DNA from: an uncultured Chloroflexia bacterium
Lineage (GTDB): Bacteria > Chloroflexota > Anaerolineae > CG2-30-64-16
Length of the DNA stretch: 64,000 nucleotides
Reading direction: 5' to 3'
NCBI GenBank assembly: GCA_963774265.1
Contig: CAVZDU010000001.1
Location: forward strand, 1,024,001-1,088,000
Positions 1-10,541 of this stretch are shown piece by piece. How positions within the stretch are numbered: the first letter of the stretch is position 1; the number at the start of each line of letters is the position of its first letter. The position numbers and the translations under genes were made by a program. The notes under the pieces are model-generated. The model searched no databases, had not been told where the DNA came from, and worked only from the letters and a program-made list of their open reading frames with translations.

Positions 1-1970
1 TCCGACTCGGCGGCGACCACGCGCGGGTCGTTGCGCCCCTGGATGACGAGCATGGGGCACGCCAGTTGGTGCAGGTGGGTGCTGGGCGAGCGTTCGAGCA
101 GAAACTCCCGGTCGCGCTCGGGGTTGCCCAGCGCAATGTCGTAGTAAGGCTTCCAGGTGGCCGGGATGCGTTCGTAGAAGGTGATCAGGTTGTAGGGGCC
201 GAACATATCGACCGCAGCCGACCACAGGTCGGGGTGCATCCCCACCTGCATCAGCGTCATGTAGCCGCCGTAGGAGCGGCCGACCACGCCGGCGCGGCGG
301 GTGTCGACCCGCGGGTGATCGGCCAGGCTCTTCAGCCCGGCCACGTGATCCAGCCGGTCTGCGCCGCCCCAGTCCCGATCGACGCGTTTAGCGTAGTCCA
401 GGCCGTAGCCGGTGCTGCCCCGCACGTTGGGCACGAAGACGGCCAGCCCGTTGAGGATCAGGAACTGGATGAGCGGGATCGAAAACCAGGTGAAATCGGG
501 CCGCTCCTGCCCCTGGGGTCCGCCGTGAATGTATACCACAAGTGGGCATTTGCCCATATACCCCAGCTCCGGTGCGGGCAGATAGAGCCGCGCGGGGATG
601 TGCAGCCCATCGTACGAGGTGTAGCCGGCGTCCTCGCCCCCGGCCAGCAGTTCCGGGGGGATGCCGAGCACGCGGTTGCGGGTGAGGAAGGTGACGTTCT
701 TGCTCGTCCTGCCCTCCGCCGCCGCAAGCAGCGGGCTGACGTCCGTCACGAGCACGATCTGCGATGGGGAGGTGGCGGTCGAAAAGCTGATCGCATAGGC
801 CGCGGCCGGCTCATCGTAGCGGATCGATTCGGTTACGCCGTTGGCAAGCTGCCCGTCTCCGCAGATCACGGTGCCGAGGGTCATGCGCCGGGCGGCCTCC
901 TGGAAGGTCCCCTCGTAGGCCCATGACGTGCCGTCGATGTTGTAACGCACGAGGTAGCGGTTGGCCGCCAGGTGCTCCACTGACTCCAGCTCGCCGTCGC
1001 CTGAATGGACTGTGCCGGCGATCTCGACCGGCTGCACGCCCTCAGGCTGGCCGATCGTGAACCAGGCCAGGCCACCGCGATCGTCGAACAGCGTGCAGTG
1101 CATGAGAATGCCGTCAGTCCCCACCGGGTGGGCGCTGTGAATGCCGTTGAGCGGGACGCGCTGCCCCGCCGCGCGCTGCGACATGGGTACGCCGAAGATC
1201 GGCCGCAGCGCGCCCACAGCCGGAGAGCCCACCTGCGCCGCGCCGGAGAGTGCAGCCGAAGAGCCCCCCTGAGCATCCTGAGCGGAGGGCGTCAGCCCGG
1301 AGTCGAAGGATGCGGCCTGGCGCGCGGAACTCCCCGCCTCCGCCGACTGCGCAGCGCGAACCGATGTGCTGCTCCGCTCAGGATGCTCGGATTGTTTCGC
1401 AGGACGCTCCCACAGGAATAGCGCGACGTCGCCTTCTTCGTAGCCCTCGCCCAGCACCACGCGTGTCAGATCCTCGTTCGCGCCGCCCACGCGGAACCCG
1501 TACGGGCTGGAGCCCAGCAGCGTCAGCTCACCCGAATTCAGGTCGGCCCGGTACGTGTCGACGATGGGTTCGCTGCGGTGATCCACGCCGAGGATGATCA
1601 GGTTGCGCTCCGCGTCCGCGTGGTCGAGAATGCATTGCATCCCGGCGAACTGGGGGAACAACGGCTCAGGGATGCCGCCGGCCAGGGGCACGACCATCGG
1701 CTGATAGTTCTCGTCGCCGTTTTGGTCGATCATCACGATCACCTTGCCGAGCTTCGGGAATGCGTAGAACGGCAGCGCCTCCAGCAGGATGGGCGTCATC
1801 AGCGCCACATCGGGCGGCAGCAGCGGCTCGGGCACGCTCCCCACCCGGTCCATCGCGTAAAGGCTCAGGCGGCCGGAGAGGTCGCTGATGAAATAGATGC
1901 GGCCTGCAGCCAGCTGCGGCTGGAGGAACAGCCGTGCGGCCAACAATGATTCAACTTTGAAGCGAGACAT
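1..1970 (-). CDS. S9 family (prolyl oligopeptidase/acylaminoacyl) peptidase, runs off the left edge
   Basis: Not in the ORF track because there is no stop in the window. Manual translation from ATG 1970 (MSRFKVESLLAARLFLQPQ) is in the same frame as GVVGRSYGGY (nucleophile, ~260-290) and CPMLVIQGRNDPRV (catalytic Asp, ~20-59). Confidence 0.9.
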   Translation of the reverse strand, partial: MSRFKVESLLAARLFLQPQLAAGRIYFISDLSGRLSLYAMDRVGSVPEPLLPPDVALMTPILLEALPFYAFPKLGKVIVMIDQNGDENYQPMVVPLAGGIPEPLFPQFAGMQCILDHADAERNLIILGVDHRSEPIVDTYRADLNSGELTLLGSSPYGFRVGGANEDLTRVVLGEGYEEGDVALFLWERPAKQSEHPERSSTSVRAAQSAEAGSSARQAASFDSGLTPSAQDAQGGSSAALSGAAQVGSPAVGALRPIFGVPMSQRAAGQRVPLNGIHSAHPVGTDGILMHCTLFDDRGGLAWFTIGQPEGVQPVEIAGTVHSGDGELESVEHLAANRYLVRYNIDGTSWAYEGTFQEAARRMTLGTVICGDGQLANGVTESIRYDEPAAAYAISFSTATSPSQIVLVTDVSPLLAAAEGRTSKNVTFLTRNRVLGIPPELLAGGEDAGYTSYDGLHIPARLYLPAPELGYMGKCPLVVYIHGGPQGQERPDFTWFSIPLIQFLILNGLAVFVPNVRGSTGYGLDYAKRVDRDWGGADRLDHVAGLKSLADHPRVDTRRAGVVGRSYGGYMTLMQVGMHPDLWSAAVDMFGPYNLITFYERIPATWKPYYDIALGNPERDREFLLERSPSTHLHQLACPMLVIQGRNDPRVVAAES
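1271..1388. repeat. REP/RPE-like palindromic element inside the peptidase CDS
   Basis: Perfect 17-bp inverted repeat GAGCATCCTGAGCGGAG (1271-1287) / CTCCGCTCAGGATGCTC (1372-1388). Each arm is followed by a small hairpin and AGTCG. Confidence 0.8.
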
Positions 1971-1994
1971 TCTTTGACTCCTGCATCGTTAAGA

Positions 1995-2683
1995 TTACCA
2001 CCGATAGGATTTGCGGCGCCGTGCCTTGCTGATCCACGGCAGGCACAACACCAGCCCTGCCACAAACCCGCCGATGTGCGCGAACCAGGCGGTGCCCCCC
2101 ATTTGGCTCACCCCAAACGACATCACGCCGTTGAGGAGCTGCAGCACGAACCACAGCCCGAGCACGAGGACTGCAGGCAGGGCTGCGATGCGCGCGAACA
2201 GGCCCAGGAAGATCAGGGTGTCGACCCGTGCGGCGGGGAAGAAGAGCAGATAGGCGGCCAGCACGCCCGCGATCGCGCCGCTCGCGCCGATGCCTGGCAC
2301 GTCGATCCCCACGACGAGAAGACCTGGGCAGCACTGGCCGCAAAGCCGCAGGCGAAGTAGAAGATCGTGAACCAGACCCTGCCCAGCACATCCTCGACAT
2401 TGTTGCCGAAGATCCACAGGTAGAGCATATTGCCCAGGATATGCATGAAGCCGCCGTGCATGAACATCGACGTCACGAAGGTCAGCAACGTCATCGGGCC
2501 GGGGTCGGACGCGACGCGTGCGGGCACGACGCCCCACGTGTACACGGCCTGCTGCAGCGCCTCTTCGCCGCCGCCGCCCAGGAGGAGCATTTGCAGCGCG
2601 AAGACGACGATGTTGATGGCGATGAGCACGATCGTGACGACCGGGAAGCGGGTGGTTGGGAGGCGGTCTCGGATGGGAAACAT
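1995..2683 (-). CDS. Rhomboid family intramembrane serine protease (one frameshift near 2310)
   Basis: N-part MFPIRDRLP...SMFMHGGFMHILGNMLYLWIFGNNVED in one frame. GIGASGAIAGV and WFAHIGGF (Ser/His dyad) lie in another frame. Confidence 0.9.
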
Positions 2684-2686
2684 GGT

Positions 2687-4162
2687 CTACCTCGTCAACT
2701 GCGGGATGATTGCCCCGAATAGTGCGTAGAGGGATGCCAGGGGCAAGGAGGCGAACGGCGCGGCATAGGCCCAGCGCCGCCACCGTTCTCCCAGCAGGCT
2801 CGCCGCGACCAGGCCCACCGCTACAGCGACCGTGAGCGCAAGGGGCCATTTGGGCGCCCCGGCCGCCGGCAGTGATGCAAACCATAGACCCCACGCGGCC
2901 AACGCCACGGCCCAGGTCAGCAGCACCCCCGCCACGATGGCCGCGGTGCGCGGCGCCAATGCCTGTTCCCAACCCGCGGCCAGGAAGATGGCGATGGGGA
3001 TGAGCGCGGTGAACAGGTAGCGGCCCTGGTGCTGGAGAAAGGTGATGTTGTAGTAGACATAGGTGAGCAGGGTGAGGAATGCGGCCAGGGCAAGCAGAAT
3101 TGCAGCGGATGGACCTGCGGGCGTTCGTTGCCGCAAGCCCATCCGTTTGTCCGTTCTCGTCCGTTGCGCCGCGTTCACCACCCACGCCACGATGGGCACG
3201 CTCATCCACAATCCCAACCCATAGTAGGCGCGGCTGTCCAGCCACACGCCCATCCAGCCGAAAACGCCGGCGAAACTCTTGAACGTCCACTCGGCCGCGC
3301 GCCGCCAATAGGCGCCCCAGCCATTCTCAGCGATGTACTGGGCGGTCCGCATCTGGCCAACGACGACCTGGTCGTGGCGTATCAGGCCGAGGAAGTCCGG
3401 CCATCCGTAGATGGTGATGTTGCGCGCGTACCAGGGCAGGGCGATCAAGGCGGCGGGGAGCAGCACGGCCAACCCTTCGAGCAGGATCCGGCGCACGGAC
3501 GCGCGATCCCGGAACCACCGCCACACCAGGACGCCCAAGGCCAGAGGCGCCGCGATATACGCCGTCGTCTTCGTGATCAGGATCAGCCCGAGCAGCACCC
3601 CGAGCAGCAGCGGTGTCATCCGTTCTTCGGCGTTCGGCACCAACACAAACAGCACCGCGGCCAACAGTAGCTCTGCCAACACATCATTGCCCACCTGCGA
3701 CACGGTCCCCAGGTGCTGAGGCAGGAACGCGACGAACGCGGCTGCGCCCAGCGCCACGGCGGGCCGGCCGGGGAGCACGCGGCGTGCCACCCCATAGGCC
3801 AGCGCGACGATGCCCGCGCCCAGCAGCACGGACAGCAGCCGCAGCGCGGTGAGGCTCCCGCGTGTCAGGCGGTAGATCGGTGCGGCAAGCACGTAATAGA
3901 GCGGCGGCTGATGTGATTCGTAGCGAATTGGGGTGACCGGCATGTCCGGCGGGAACTTCGCCTCTTTGATCTGCTCCAGGTAGGCGTGCGGGTAGTCGCC
4001 GAAGTGAAGGACGGGGAAATTGCCGTTCTCGGCCAGGTAAGCGACGTAGTTGTAGTGCGCGGGCTCATCGGGCGCCTGCCACGCCGGGGTGTTGACGGCG
4101 AACAATGCGCCAAGGACGAAATACCCGGCAAGGATGAGAATCAGGATCAGGCGACGCGTCAT
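2687..4162 (-). CDS. GT-C fold membrane glycosyltransferase (family 39/ArnT-PMT-like, DUF2142-like)
   Basis: APDEPAHYNY, YESHQPPLYY, NDVLA and QGRYLF motifs; many transmembrane segments. Confidence 0.8.
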   Translation of the reverse strand: MTRRLILILILAGYFVLGALFAVNTPAWQAPDEPAHYNYVAYLAENGNFPVLHFGDYPHAYLEQIKEAKFPPDMPVTPIRYESHQPPLYYVLAAPIYRLTRGSLTALRLLSVLLGAGIVALAYGVARRVLPGRPAVALGAAAFVAFLPQHLGTVSQVGNDVLAELLLAAVLFVLVPNAEERMTPLLLGVLLGLILITKTTAYIAAPLALGVLVWRWFRDRASVRRILLEGLAVLLPAALIALPWYARNITIYGWPDFLGLIRHDQVVVGQMRTAQYIAENGWGAYWRRAAEWTFKSFAGVFGWMGVWLDSRAYYGLGLWMSVPIVAWVVNAAQRTRTDKRMGLRQRTPAGPSAAILLALAAFLTLLTYVYYNITFLQHQGRYLFTALIPIAIFLAAGWEQALAPRTAAIVAGVLLTWAVALAAWGLWFASLPAAGAPKWPLALTVAVAVGLVAASLLGERWRRWAYAAPFASLPLASLYALFGAIIPQLTR

Positions 4163-4177
4163 GCAGGTGTCTTTGTG

Positions 4178-6676
4178 TCAGCCGTTACCAGTGGGCAGCA
4201 CATCGCGGCCGCGGGTGCCGCCCTGTTCGGGGCCGATGATGCCATCAGCTTCCATCTGATCGATCAAGCGCGCCGCGCGCGAGTAACCAATGCGCAGACG
4301 GCGCTGGAGCAGGGAGATGCTCGCCTTGCCGGACTTGCGCACCTCCTCGACGGCGTGGCGGTACATGTCGTCCCGGCCTTCAGCGGCGCTCTCGGCGGCT
4401 GCCACATCATCCCACAACGGCTGTTGAAGCGTCTCTTGACCCGGCAGCCACGGCGGCGTCTGCTCCTCTCCGGGTGGGCGACCGAAGGGCCATGGCACGG
4501 CCTCAGGCTCGTCACCACGAGCAGCGTCGTCCGGTGTTGGGGCTGCAGCGGCTGCACCACCGCGCATGAGATCCGCGGGCTCGGTGAACGTGCGCATCCC
4601 GCGCCAGAAGTTGACGAGCCGCGTCGTCTCGCGGTCAGACACGAAGCAGCCCTGGAGGCGCTGGAGCTTGGACTGGTCAGGCGCCATGAAGAGCATGTCG
4701 CCGCGTCCCAACAGTTGTTCTGCGCCGGGGGAGTCGAGGATGACCCTGCTGTCGATTTGCGAGGTGACGGCGAAGGCGATGCGCGCAGGGAAGTTGGCCT
4801 TGATCAGGCCGGTCACCACATCGACCGAGGGGCGCTGGGTGGCCAGCAGCAGGTGCATGCCTGTCGCGCGCGCCATCTGTGCGATGCGGCAGATGTGACG
4901 CTCGACCTCATCCGGCGCGGAAAGCATCAGGTCGGCCAATTCGTCGATGATGATGACGATGAACGGCAGGATGGGTTCCCCGCGCGCGGCGAGCTTGTCG
5001 TTGTAGGCTTCGATATTGCGCGCGCCGGCCTTGGCGAACAGCTTGTAGCGGCGCTCCATCTCCTTAGTCGCCCATTGCAGCACCGGCACCGCGCGCTCGA
5101 CGTCGACGACCACAGGCGCGATCAGGTGGGGGATGCCGTTGTAAACCGTCAGCTCGACGCGCTTCGGATCAATCATCAGAAGGCGCAGTGTGTCGGGTGT
5201 GTGCGTCAGTAAGAGGGAGGTGATGATCGCGTTGATGCAGACCGATTTGCCCGAACCCGTGGCGCCGGCAATGAGCATATGGGGCATGCGCGTCAGGTCC
5301 GCGACGGACGCCTGCCCGGAGACATCGCGGCCCAATCCAAACTGCAACGCGCCCTTCGTGGCGGCCCACTCCTCGGACTCCATGACGCCGCGCAGCGACA
5401 CCAGGGAAATCTGCACGTTCGGCACCTCGACGCCGACGAAGTCGCGGCCGGGCACGGGCGCTTCGATGCGGATGGGGGATGCGGCGAGCGCCAGCGACAG
5501 GTCGTTGGACAGCGCCTGAATCTGCGAGACGCGCACCTTGATGTGCTTTTCCTCGCCCTTGCGGTCCTTGCGCACGATCACGCCGGGGCGCAGGCCGAAC
5601 TGGGTGACCGCGGGACCCTGGTTGACCTCCACGACGCTGACAGGCACGCCGAACCCGGCGAGGGTTTGCTCGATGATCTGCACTCGACGGCGCAGGTCTT
5701 CTTGCTGGATGTCGTTTTCGCTGACGTCATCCAGGATGTCGCTCAGGACGGGTGTGCGCCAGGTCTGTCCACCCCCGCCGATGATGCGCGGCTCCCGCTG
5801 GGCGGGACCCGCAGGGGCGGACGGCGTGGGGGTCATCCCGCGATTGGCCGGCTCCGCGGCGGTTTTGCCGTTGGAGGGCGCGGACAGCGCGGCTTTGCCC
5901 GCGGCCGCGCCCCGGCCGGACTGCCCCTGTCCGTTGATGACGGGCCGGCCGACGCTCGTTGACTCCCAGGGTGGCAGGACTGCGGCTTCGCGCTCGGGGA
6001 CGATCTTGCGCCACAACCGCAGGAAGGGATTGGGCTCGCGCGGCTCGCCCAGGGGCAGCGGTGGGTTGATGCGTGCACCGGCAGGGCCCTTGGAGAGCCC
6101 GGGCTTCTGAGCGGAATCGGGCTTGTTGAGTAACCGCGTCCACGTGGCCGCTAGCGTCCCGATGACATCGGCCAGTGAACGTCCGGAGATCGCCACAAAA
6201 GATGAAGTCAGGATGATGAGCAGCAGGACCGCGGCCACGACGACGCCCAAGCCGCCGACGAGGGCGCCGCTCAGAAGCCATCCGATGAAGCCGCCGCCTT
6301 GCCCATCCAGCGCAGGCTGCGTAACGTCGGGCAGGCCGGCGATCAGGTGCGCAAACCCCTCGAACGCCATGAACAGGCCGAGCGCGCCGGCTATCCGCCA
6401 GGCCGACCAGCGCTCACCTTCGGTTACATCTCTCAGGGCAAGCCACACCCCGAATCCGCCGATCAGGAACGGCGTGAGCCACATCCCCACCCCGAAGAAG
6501 CTTCGGAGTCCGTCGACCGCAGCTTGCGTCAGCTCACCTCGGCTGGGCGAGAGCAGGCTGAGCAAAGTCAGAATCGCCAGGAGCACAAGGATGCTGCCGG
6601 CGATCTCACCTCTCAGCAATTGGCCCAGGGAAGGGCCGGAATTGGGCTTGCTACGAGTACGTTTCTTGGTTGGCAT
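4178..6676 (-). CDS. ftsK: DNA translocase FtsK/SpoIIIE
   Basis: N-terminal TM domain, PHMLIAGATGSGKS Walker A, IIIDELADLM Walker B, ATQRPSVDV, and gamma domain SISLLQRRLRIGYSRAARLID. Confidence 0.97.
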   Translation of the reverse strand: MPTKKRTRSKPNSGPSLGQLLRGEIAGSILVLLAILTLLSLLSPSRGELTQAAVDGLRSFFGVGMWLTPFLIGGFGVWLALRDVTEGERWSAWRIAGALGLFMAFEGFAHLIAGLPDVTQPALDGQGGGFIGWLLSGALVGGLGVVVAAVLLLIILTSSFVAISGRSLADVIGTLAATWTRLLNKPDSAQKPGLSKGPAGARINPPLPLGEPREPNPFLRLWRKIVPEREAAVLPPWESTSVGRPVINGQGQSGRGAAAGKAALSAPSNGKTAAEPANRGMTPTPSAPAGPAQREPRIIGGGGQTWRTPVLSDILDDVSENDIQQEDLRRRVQIIEQTLAGFGVPVSVVEVNQGPAVTQFGLRPGVIVRKDRKGEEKHIKVRVSQIQALSNDLSLALAASPIRIEAPVPGRDFVGVEVPNVQISLVSLRGVMESEEWAATKGALQFGLGRDVSGQASVADLTRMPHMLIAGATGSGKSVCINAIITSLLLTHTPDTLRLLMIDPKRVELTVYNGIPHLIAPVVVDVERAVPVLQWATKEMERRYKLFAKAGARNIEAYNDKLAARGEPILPFIVIIIDELADLMLSAPDEVERHICRIAQMARATGMHLLLATQRPSVDVVTGLIKANFPARIAFAVTSQIDSRVILDSPGAEQLLGRGDMLFMAPDQSKLQRLQGCFVSDRETTRLVNFWRGMRTFTEPADLMRGGAAAAAPTPDDAARGDEPEAVPWPFGRPPGEEQTPPWLPGQETLQQPLWDDVAAAESAAEGRDDMYRHAVEEVRKSGKASISLLQRRLRIGYSRAARLIDQMEADGIIGPEQGGTRGRDVLPTGNG

Positions 6677-6716
6677 AATAACCAGTGCAAATGTTCGTAA
6701 TGACTAAAGTATACCA

Positions 6717-7893
6717 CTAATTCCCGTTACTGTCATCCTGAGGGGGGTGCTCAACTGCAGAGGCAATGATCGCCGCGTAACACCGTTGGGCCGAGATCAG
6801 GTCCGCCGCCGCCACCCATTCGTCAGCGATGTGCGCTTCGGCCAGTGTGCCGGGGCCGAGGATGAAGGAAGGGATGGCGCGCCGTCCGGCGCTTTCGGAG
6901 GCGTTGGTTCCGCAGGGCGCGGCGAAGATCTCTGGCGGCAGGCCGGCGGAGGACAGCGCGGAGAGGATGCGAAGCCGCCAGGGATCATCCGGCGGGCAGC
7001 GCCAGGGAGGGAGGAAATCGACCGCTTCGAGTTGCGCCCCGGTATAGCACGTTTGGCGTAATGTCTCGATGGCCACGGTCACCCCAGGCAGATCGGACAA
7101 GGCGGCGCGGCAAGCCTGCGATGAAGCTCTCTGGCGTCTCGCCGGGCAGGGTGCGCGCCACAAAGCGGGCGTGACAACCGGCAGGGACGAGGGCCTGGTT
7201 GGGTAGCGGCTCGGACGCGAGCTCGACCAGCTCCAGGACACCTGACCCGAGCTCCGCGTCGAGGGCTTGTGGCAGGCTGCGCAGTCGCCCGATTGCCTCG
7301 ATCATCTTGTATGCGGCATTGTCGCCCAAATCGGGGCGCGAGGTGTGGGCACTGCGGCCGCTGGCGTGGAGGCGGATGGTTGCCCGGCCCTTCTGCGCCA
7401 CACCCAATCGCAGCCCCGTGGGCTCGCCCGTGATGACGACATCGGGTCGGGTGCGGTCAAGCACGTGACCCAGCGCGACCCCGGTCAGGTTCTCCTCGCA
7501 GACGGTGGCGGCAATGATGACATCCCCCTGCAGCCGTTCAGCACTGCTTGCAGCGCAGAGCATGGCGGCGAGCGATCCCTTTGTGTCTGCTGCGCCCCGG
7601 CCGTAGAGCCGGCCGCCGGTGATCTCGCCACCATACGGATCGTGCTGCCAAGGCTCGGGACCCGGGTCCACCACGTCCATGTGGCCGTCGAAGAGGATCG
7701 CGGGACTAGGCCCCCCGCCGTGACGGCAGCCGACGACACTGCCCCAGGCATCGACCTCCACACGGTCGAAGCCGAGAGCGGTCATGACGTCTGCGACGCA
7801 GGCCGCGAGCGCGGCCTCACCCCCGGAGGCGCTTGGGATACGGATGAGGGTGCGAGCCAGGGAGATGACGTCCAAGTCGGCGGAGCGCGTCAT
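6717..7893 (-). CDS. M20/ArgE-DapE family metallopeptidase/deacylase (frameshift near 7115)
   Basis: DGHMDVV, GRGAADTKG, CEE, GEPT, SAHTSRP. The C-terminal GPGTLAEAHIADEW is in the second frame (ORF 6717..7241). Confidence 0.88.
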
Positions 7894-7896
7894 TCG

Positions 7897-8781
7897 CTAC
7901 TGCAGGTTCTTCATTCGGGGATCCAGCACGTCACGGAGGCCATCGCCGAGCAGGTTGAAGCCCAGCACCGTGAGTGAGATGGCGATGCCGGGAAACAAGA
8001 CGGTGTGCGGCGCGCTCTCCATGAATTTGCGACCATCGTTGAGCATGGTCCCCCAGCTTGCGGCTGGAGGCGGGATGCCCAGGCCAAGAAAGCTGAGTGA
8101 CGCCTCGACGACGATTGCCGTCGCGAAGTAGGTGGTCGTGACGACGATCAGCGGTGCGAGGATGTTCGGCAGGATGTGCCGGGCCATGATGATCACATGG
8201 CGCTGGCCGACGCAGCGCGCGGCTTCAATGTATTCTTTCTCCCGCTCGGCCAGCACCGACGCGCGCACCGTGCGCGCGAAAATGGGGATGCGCACGATGG
8301 CTATTGCTGTCATCACTGTAAACAGGCCTGGCGCGAACACTGCCACCAGGACGAGCGCCAGGAGGATGGCCGGGAACGCATAGATCGCGTCCATCGCGGC
8401 CATGATGACGGTGTCGGTGCGGCCGCCGACATAGCCGGCAAGCGCACCCAGGATCAGCCCGACCAGTGTGCCCAGCGCCACCGACACAACACCGACCTGC
8501 AAGGAGATGCGCGTGCCGTAGAGCACGCGCGTGAAGATGTCGCGACCAAGGTGGTCGGCGCCCATGAGATGCTCGGCACTCGGCGGTTGGAGGCGATCGG
8601 CCAGGTTGAGGGCCACCGGACTATACGGGGCCAGCATGGGGCCGAAGATGGCTGCCAGCACGACGAGTGCCGAGATAATCAAACCGATACGCGCCAGCGT
8701 ATTGCGCCATAGCCGCGCCGCGAGGCTCCGGCCCTTTTTGGGGGGCCGGATGACGTCGATCGGCGCGGAGATGGCGGTCAT
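7897..8781 (-). CDS. ABC transporter permease, DppC/OppC type
   Basis: MGADHLGRDIFTRVLYG, EYIEAARCVG, EASLSFLGLG, NLLGDGLRDVLDPR. Confidence 0.95.
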   Translation of the reverse strand: MTAISAPIDVIRPPKKGRSLAARLWRNTLARIGLIISALVVLAAIFGPMLAPYSPVALNLADRLQPPSAEHLMGADHLGRDIFTRVLYGTRISLQVGVVSVALGTLVGLILGALAGYVGGRTDTVIMAAMDAIYAFPAILLALVLVAVFAPGLFTVMTAIAIVRIPIFARTVRASVLAEREKEYIEAARCVGQRHVIIMARHILPNILAPLIVVTTTYFATAIVVEASLSFLGLGIPPPAASWGTMLNDGRKFMESAPHTVLFPGIAISLTVLGFNLLGDGLRDVLDPRMKNLQ

Positions 8782-8836
8782 AGCATCAATCCCGTTGTAG
8801 AGACGTTGCATGCAACGTCTCTACACGCGCCCTTCA

Positions 8837-10504
8837 CTACTTGTCCAACCAGGTGACGTTCAGACCGTCCGATGCATCCATCATCATCAGGGCCGGCGAC
8901 GTGCCCGGCTGGTAGCCCTTGACGGTGTTGAGCCATGCTTCGTTCCACGGCAGGCCCAGCACGTAGATGGTCGCCGCGTCGTCCTGAACGAGCTGCACGA
9001 CCTGCTTGTAGATCGCCTGGCGCTTGGCGACGTCGACTTCGGCCTTGCCCGCAGCGAGCAGTTCGTTCATCTTTGGCGAGTCGTAACCGCCGACGAGCCA
9101 GCTGCCGCCGCTCGCCTTGGTCAGGTAGCCATACGGGCGGTCGGGATCGAAGATGCCCGTCATGGTGCCCAGGAGTAGGTCATAGTCATAGGCCTGGCCC
9201 TTGCTGTTCCAGGCGGCCGAGTCGACCACGTCAAACTCCACGGCGAAGCCTATCTGTCCGAGCATGGCCTGGATGACCTCGCCCTTGTCCTTTTGGTTGG
9301 CCATCAGCAGGAACTTGACGGGCGTGCCCTCGGCCAAACCGCTGGCCTTGAAGTACTCTTTGGCCTTCGCCAGATCAGGCATGATCGTGGGCACATCAAG
9401 CCGCCACACGTTGTCAGGCGTGAAGGGCTGATTGTGCACCTGGCCCAGGCCAAAGAAGATGGCCTCGTTGTATTGGTCCCGGTCAAAGACCGCCTGCAGG
9501 GCAAGGCGTGCGTCCTTGTTATTGAACGGTGCGCGGGTGTGGTTCATCACCAGGCGCTCGCCCGAGTTGATATAGTAAACCTGGACGGTGAAGTTCGGGT
9601 CGGGTGCGTCCACCAGCTTCTTCACGTCCGCGATGGGCAGTTCCTCGGCCATGTCGATCTCGCCGGTGCGCAGCGCAGTCAGGCGCACGACCGGATCCGT
9701 GATCACCCTGAGCACCACGCCGTCGAGCAACGGTTCACCGGGCTTCCAGTAGTTCGGGTTCTTCTTGAGAGTGTACGACTCGCCCGGCTTGGATTCATCC
9801 ATCATGAACGGGCCGGTGCCGATGATCTTGGCGACTTTGCCCTCGGCGTCGTAGCTGTCTTTGTGGATGATGGCCGAGCGGTTGAGCAGCGCCAGGTACG
9901 AGGGGAACGGGCCCATGCCGCTTTCGATGGTGAACTTGATTGTGCCCTTATCAACGACCTCCGATTGGAGCTTGATGCCCGCGTAGGCGCTGCGCTGGGC
10001 TGCGCCGGCCTTCTCATCCAGGATGCGGTCGAAGATCCACTTGACATCGTCGGCCGTCAGCTCCTGGCCGTTGTGGAACTTGACGCCGGGGCGCAGCTTG
10101 AATGTCCACGTCTTGCCATCGGCTGAGGTCTCCCAGCTTTCAGCCAACACGCCAACGAACTTGCCCGTGCGGTCCGGCGCGACAAGCTGCTGGGCCACCA
10201 GGATATTCAGGCGGATGTCGCCGTACTGGATGGCCTTCAGCGGGTCCATCGAAGTAACGTCTTCCTTCATGGCGAAGGTCAGCACGCCACCGGTCTTGGG
10301 CTGGCCGGCAGGCGGTTCTGTTGCAGCAGGCGCCTTCGTGGCCTCGGGCTGCGCGGCAGGTGCGGTCGTGGCTGCAGGCTGCGCCGCGGGCGCGGTCGTC
10401 GCCGCTGGTTGCACGGGCTGCGCCGGGGGCGCAGTGCACGCGCCCAGCACCATCGCCAGGGCTGCCAGCAGGGCGAACAGGATGAATAATTTAGATTTTC
10501 TCAC
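8837..10504 (-). CDS. ABC transporter substrate-binding lipoprotein, family 5 (peptide/nickel)
   Basis: GTG start with AAGGAGGA RBS, lipobox LGAC, QPAATTAPAA linker repeats, LAESWETSADGKTWTFKLRPGVKFHNG signature, GTGPF. Confidence 0.95.
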   Translation of the reverse strand: MRKSKLFILFALLAALAMVLGACTAPPAQPVQPAATTAPAAQPAATTAPAAQPEATKAPAATEPPAGQPKTGGVLTFAMKEDVTSMDPLKAIQYGDIRLNILVAQQLVAPDRTGKFVGVLAESWETSADGKTWTFKLRPGVKFHNGQELTADDVKWIFDRILDEKAGAAQRSAYAGIKLQSEVVDKGTIKFTIESGMGPFPSYLALLNRSAIIHKDSYDAEGKVAKIIGTGPFMMDESKPGESYTLKKNPNYWKPGEPLLDGVVLRVITDPVVRLTALRTGEIDMAEELPIADVKKLVDAPDPNFTVQVYYINSGERLVMNHTRAPFNNKDARLALQAVFDRDQYNEAIFFGLGQVHNQPFTPDNVWRLDVPTIMPDLAKAKEYFKASGLAEGTPVKFLLMANQKDKGEVIQAMLGQIGFAVEFDVVDSAAWNSKGQAYDYDLLLGTMTGIFDPDRPYGYLTKASGGSWLVGGYDSPKMNELLAAGKAEVDVAKRQAIYKQVVQLVQDDAATIYVLGLPWNEAWLNTVKGYQPGTSPALMMMDASDGLNVTWLDK

Positions 10505-10541
10505 ACGGTCCTCCTTAGATTTCACTCATTACGCATCCGGC

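Noticed and set aside
10325-10420. 30-bp imperfect tandem repeats as a possible array
   Set aside because: They encode the QPAATTAPAA lipoprotein linker, have degenerate third positions and contain no spacers, so this is not CRISPR.
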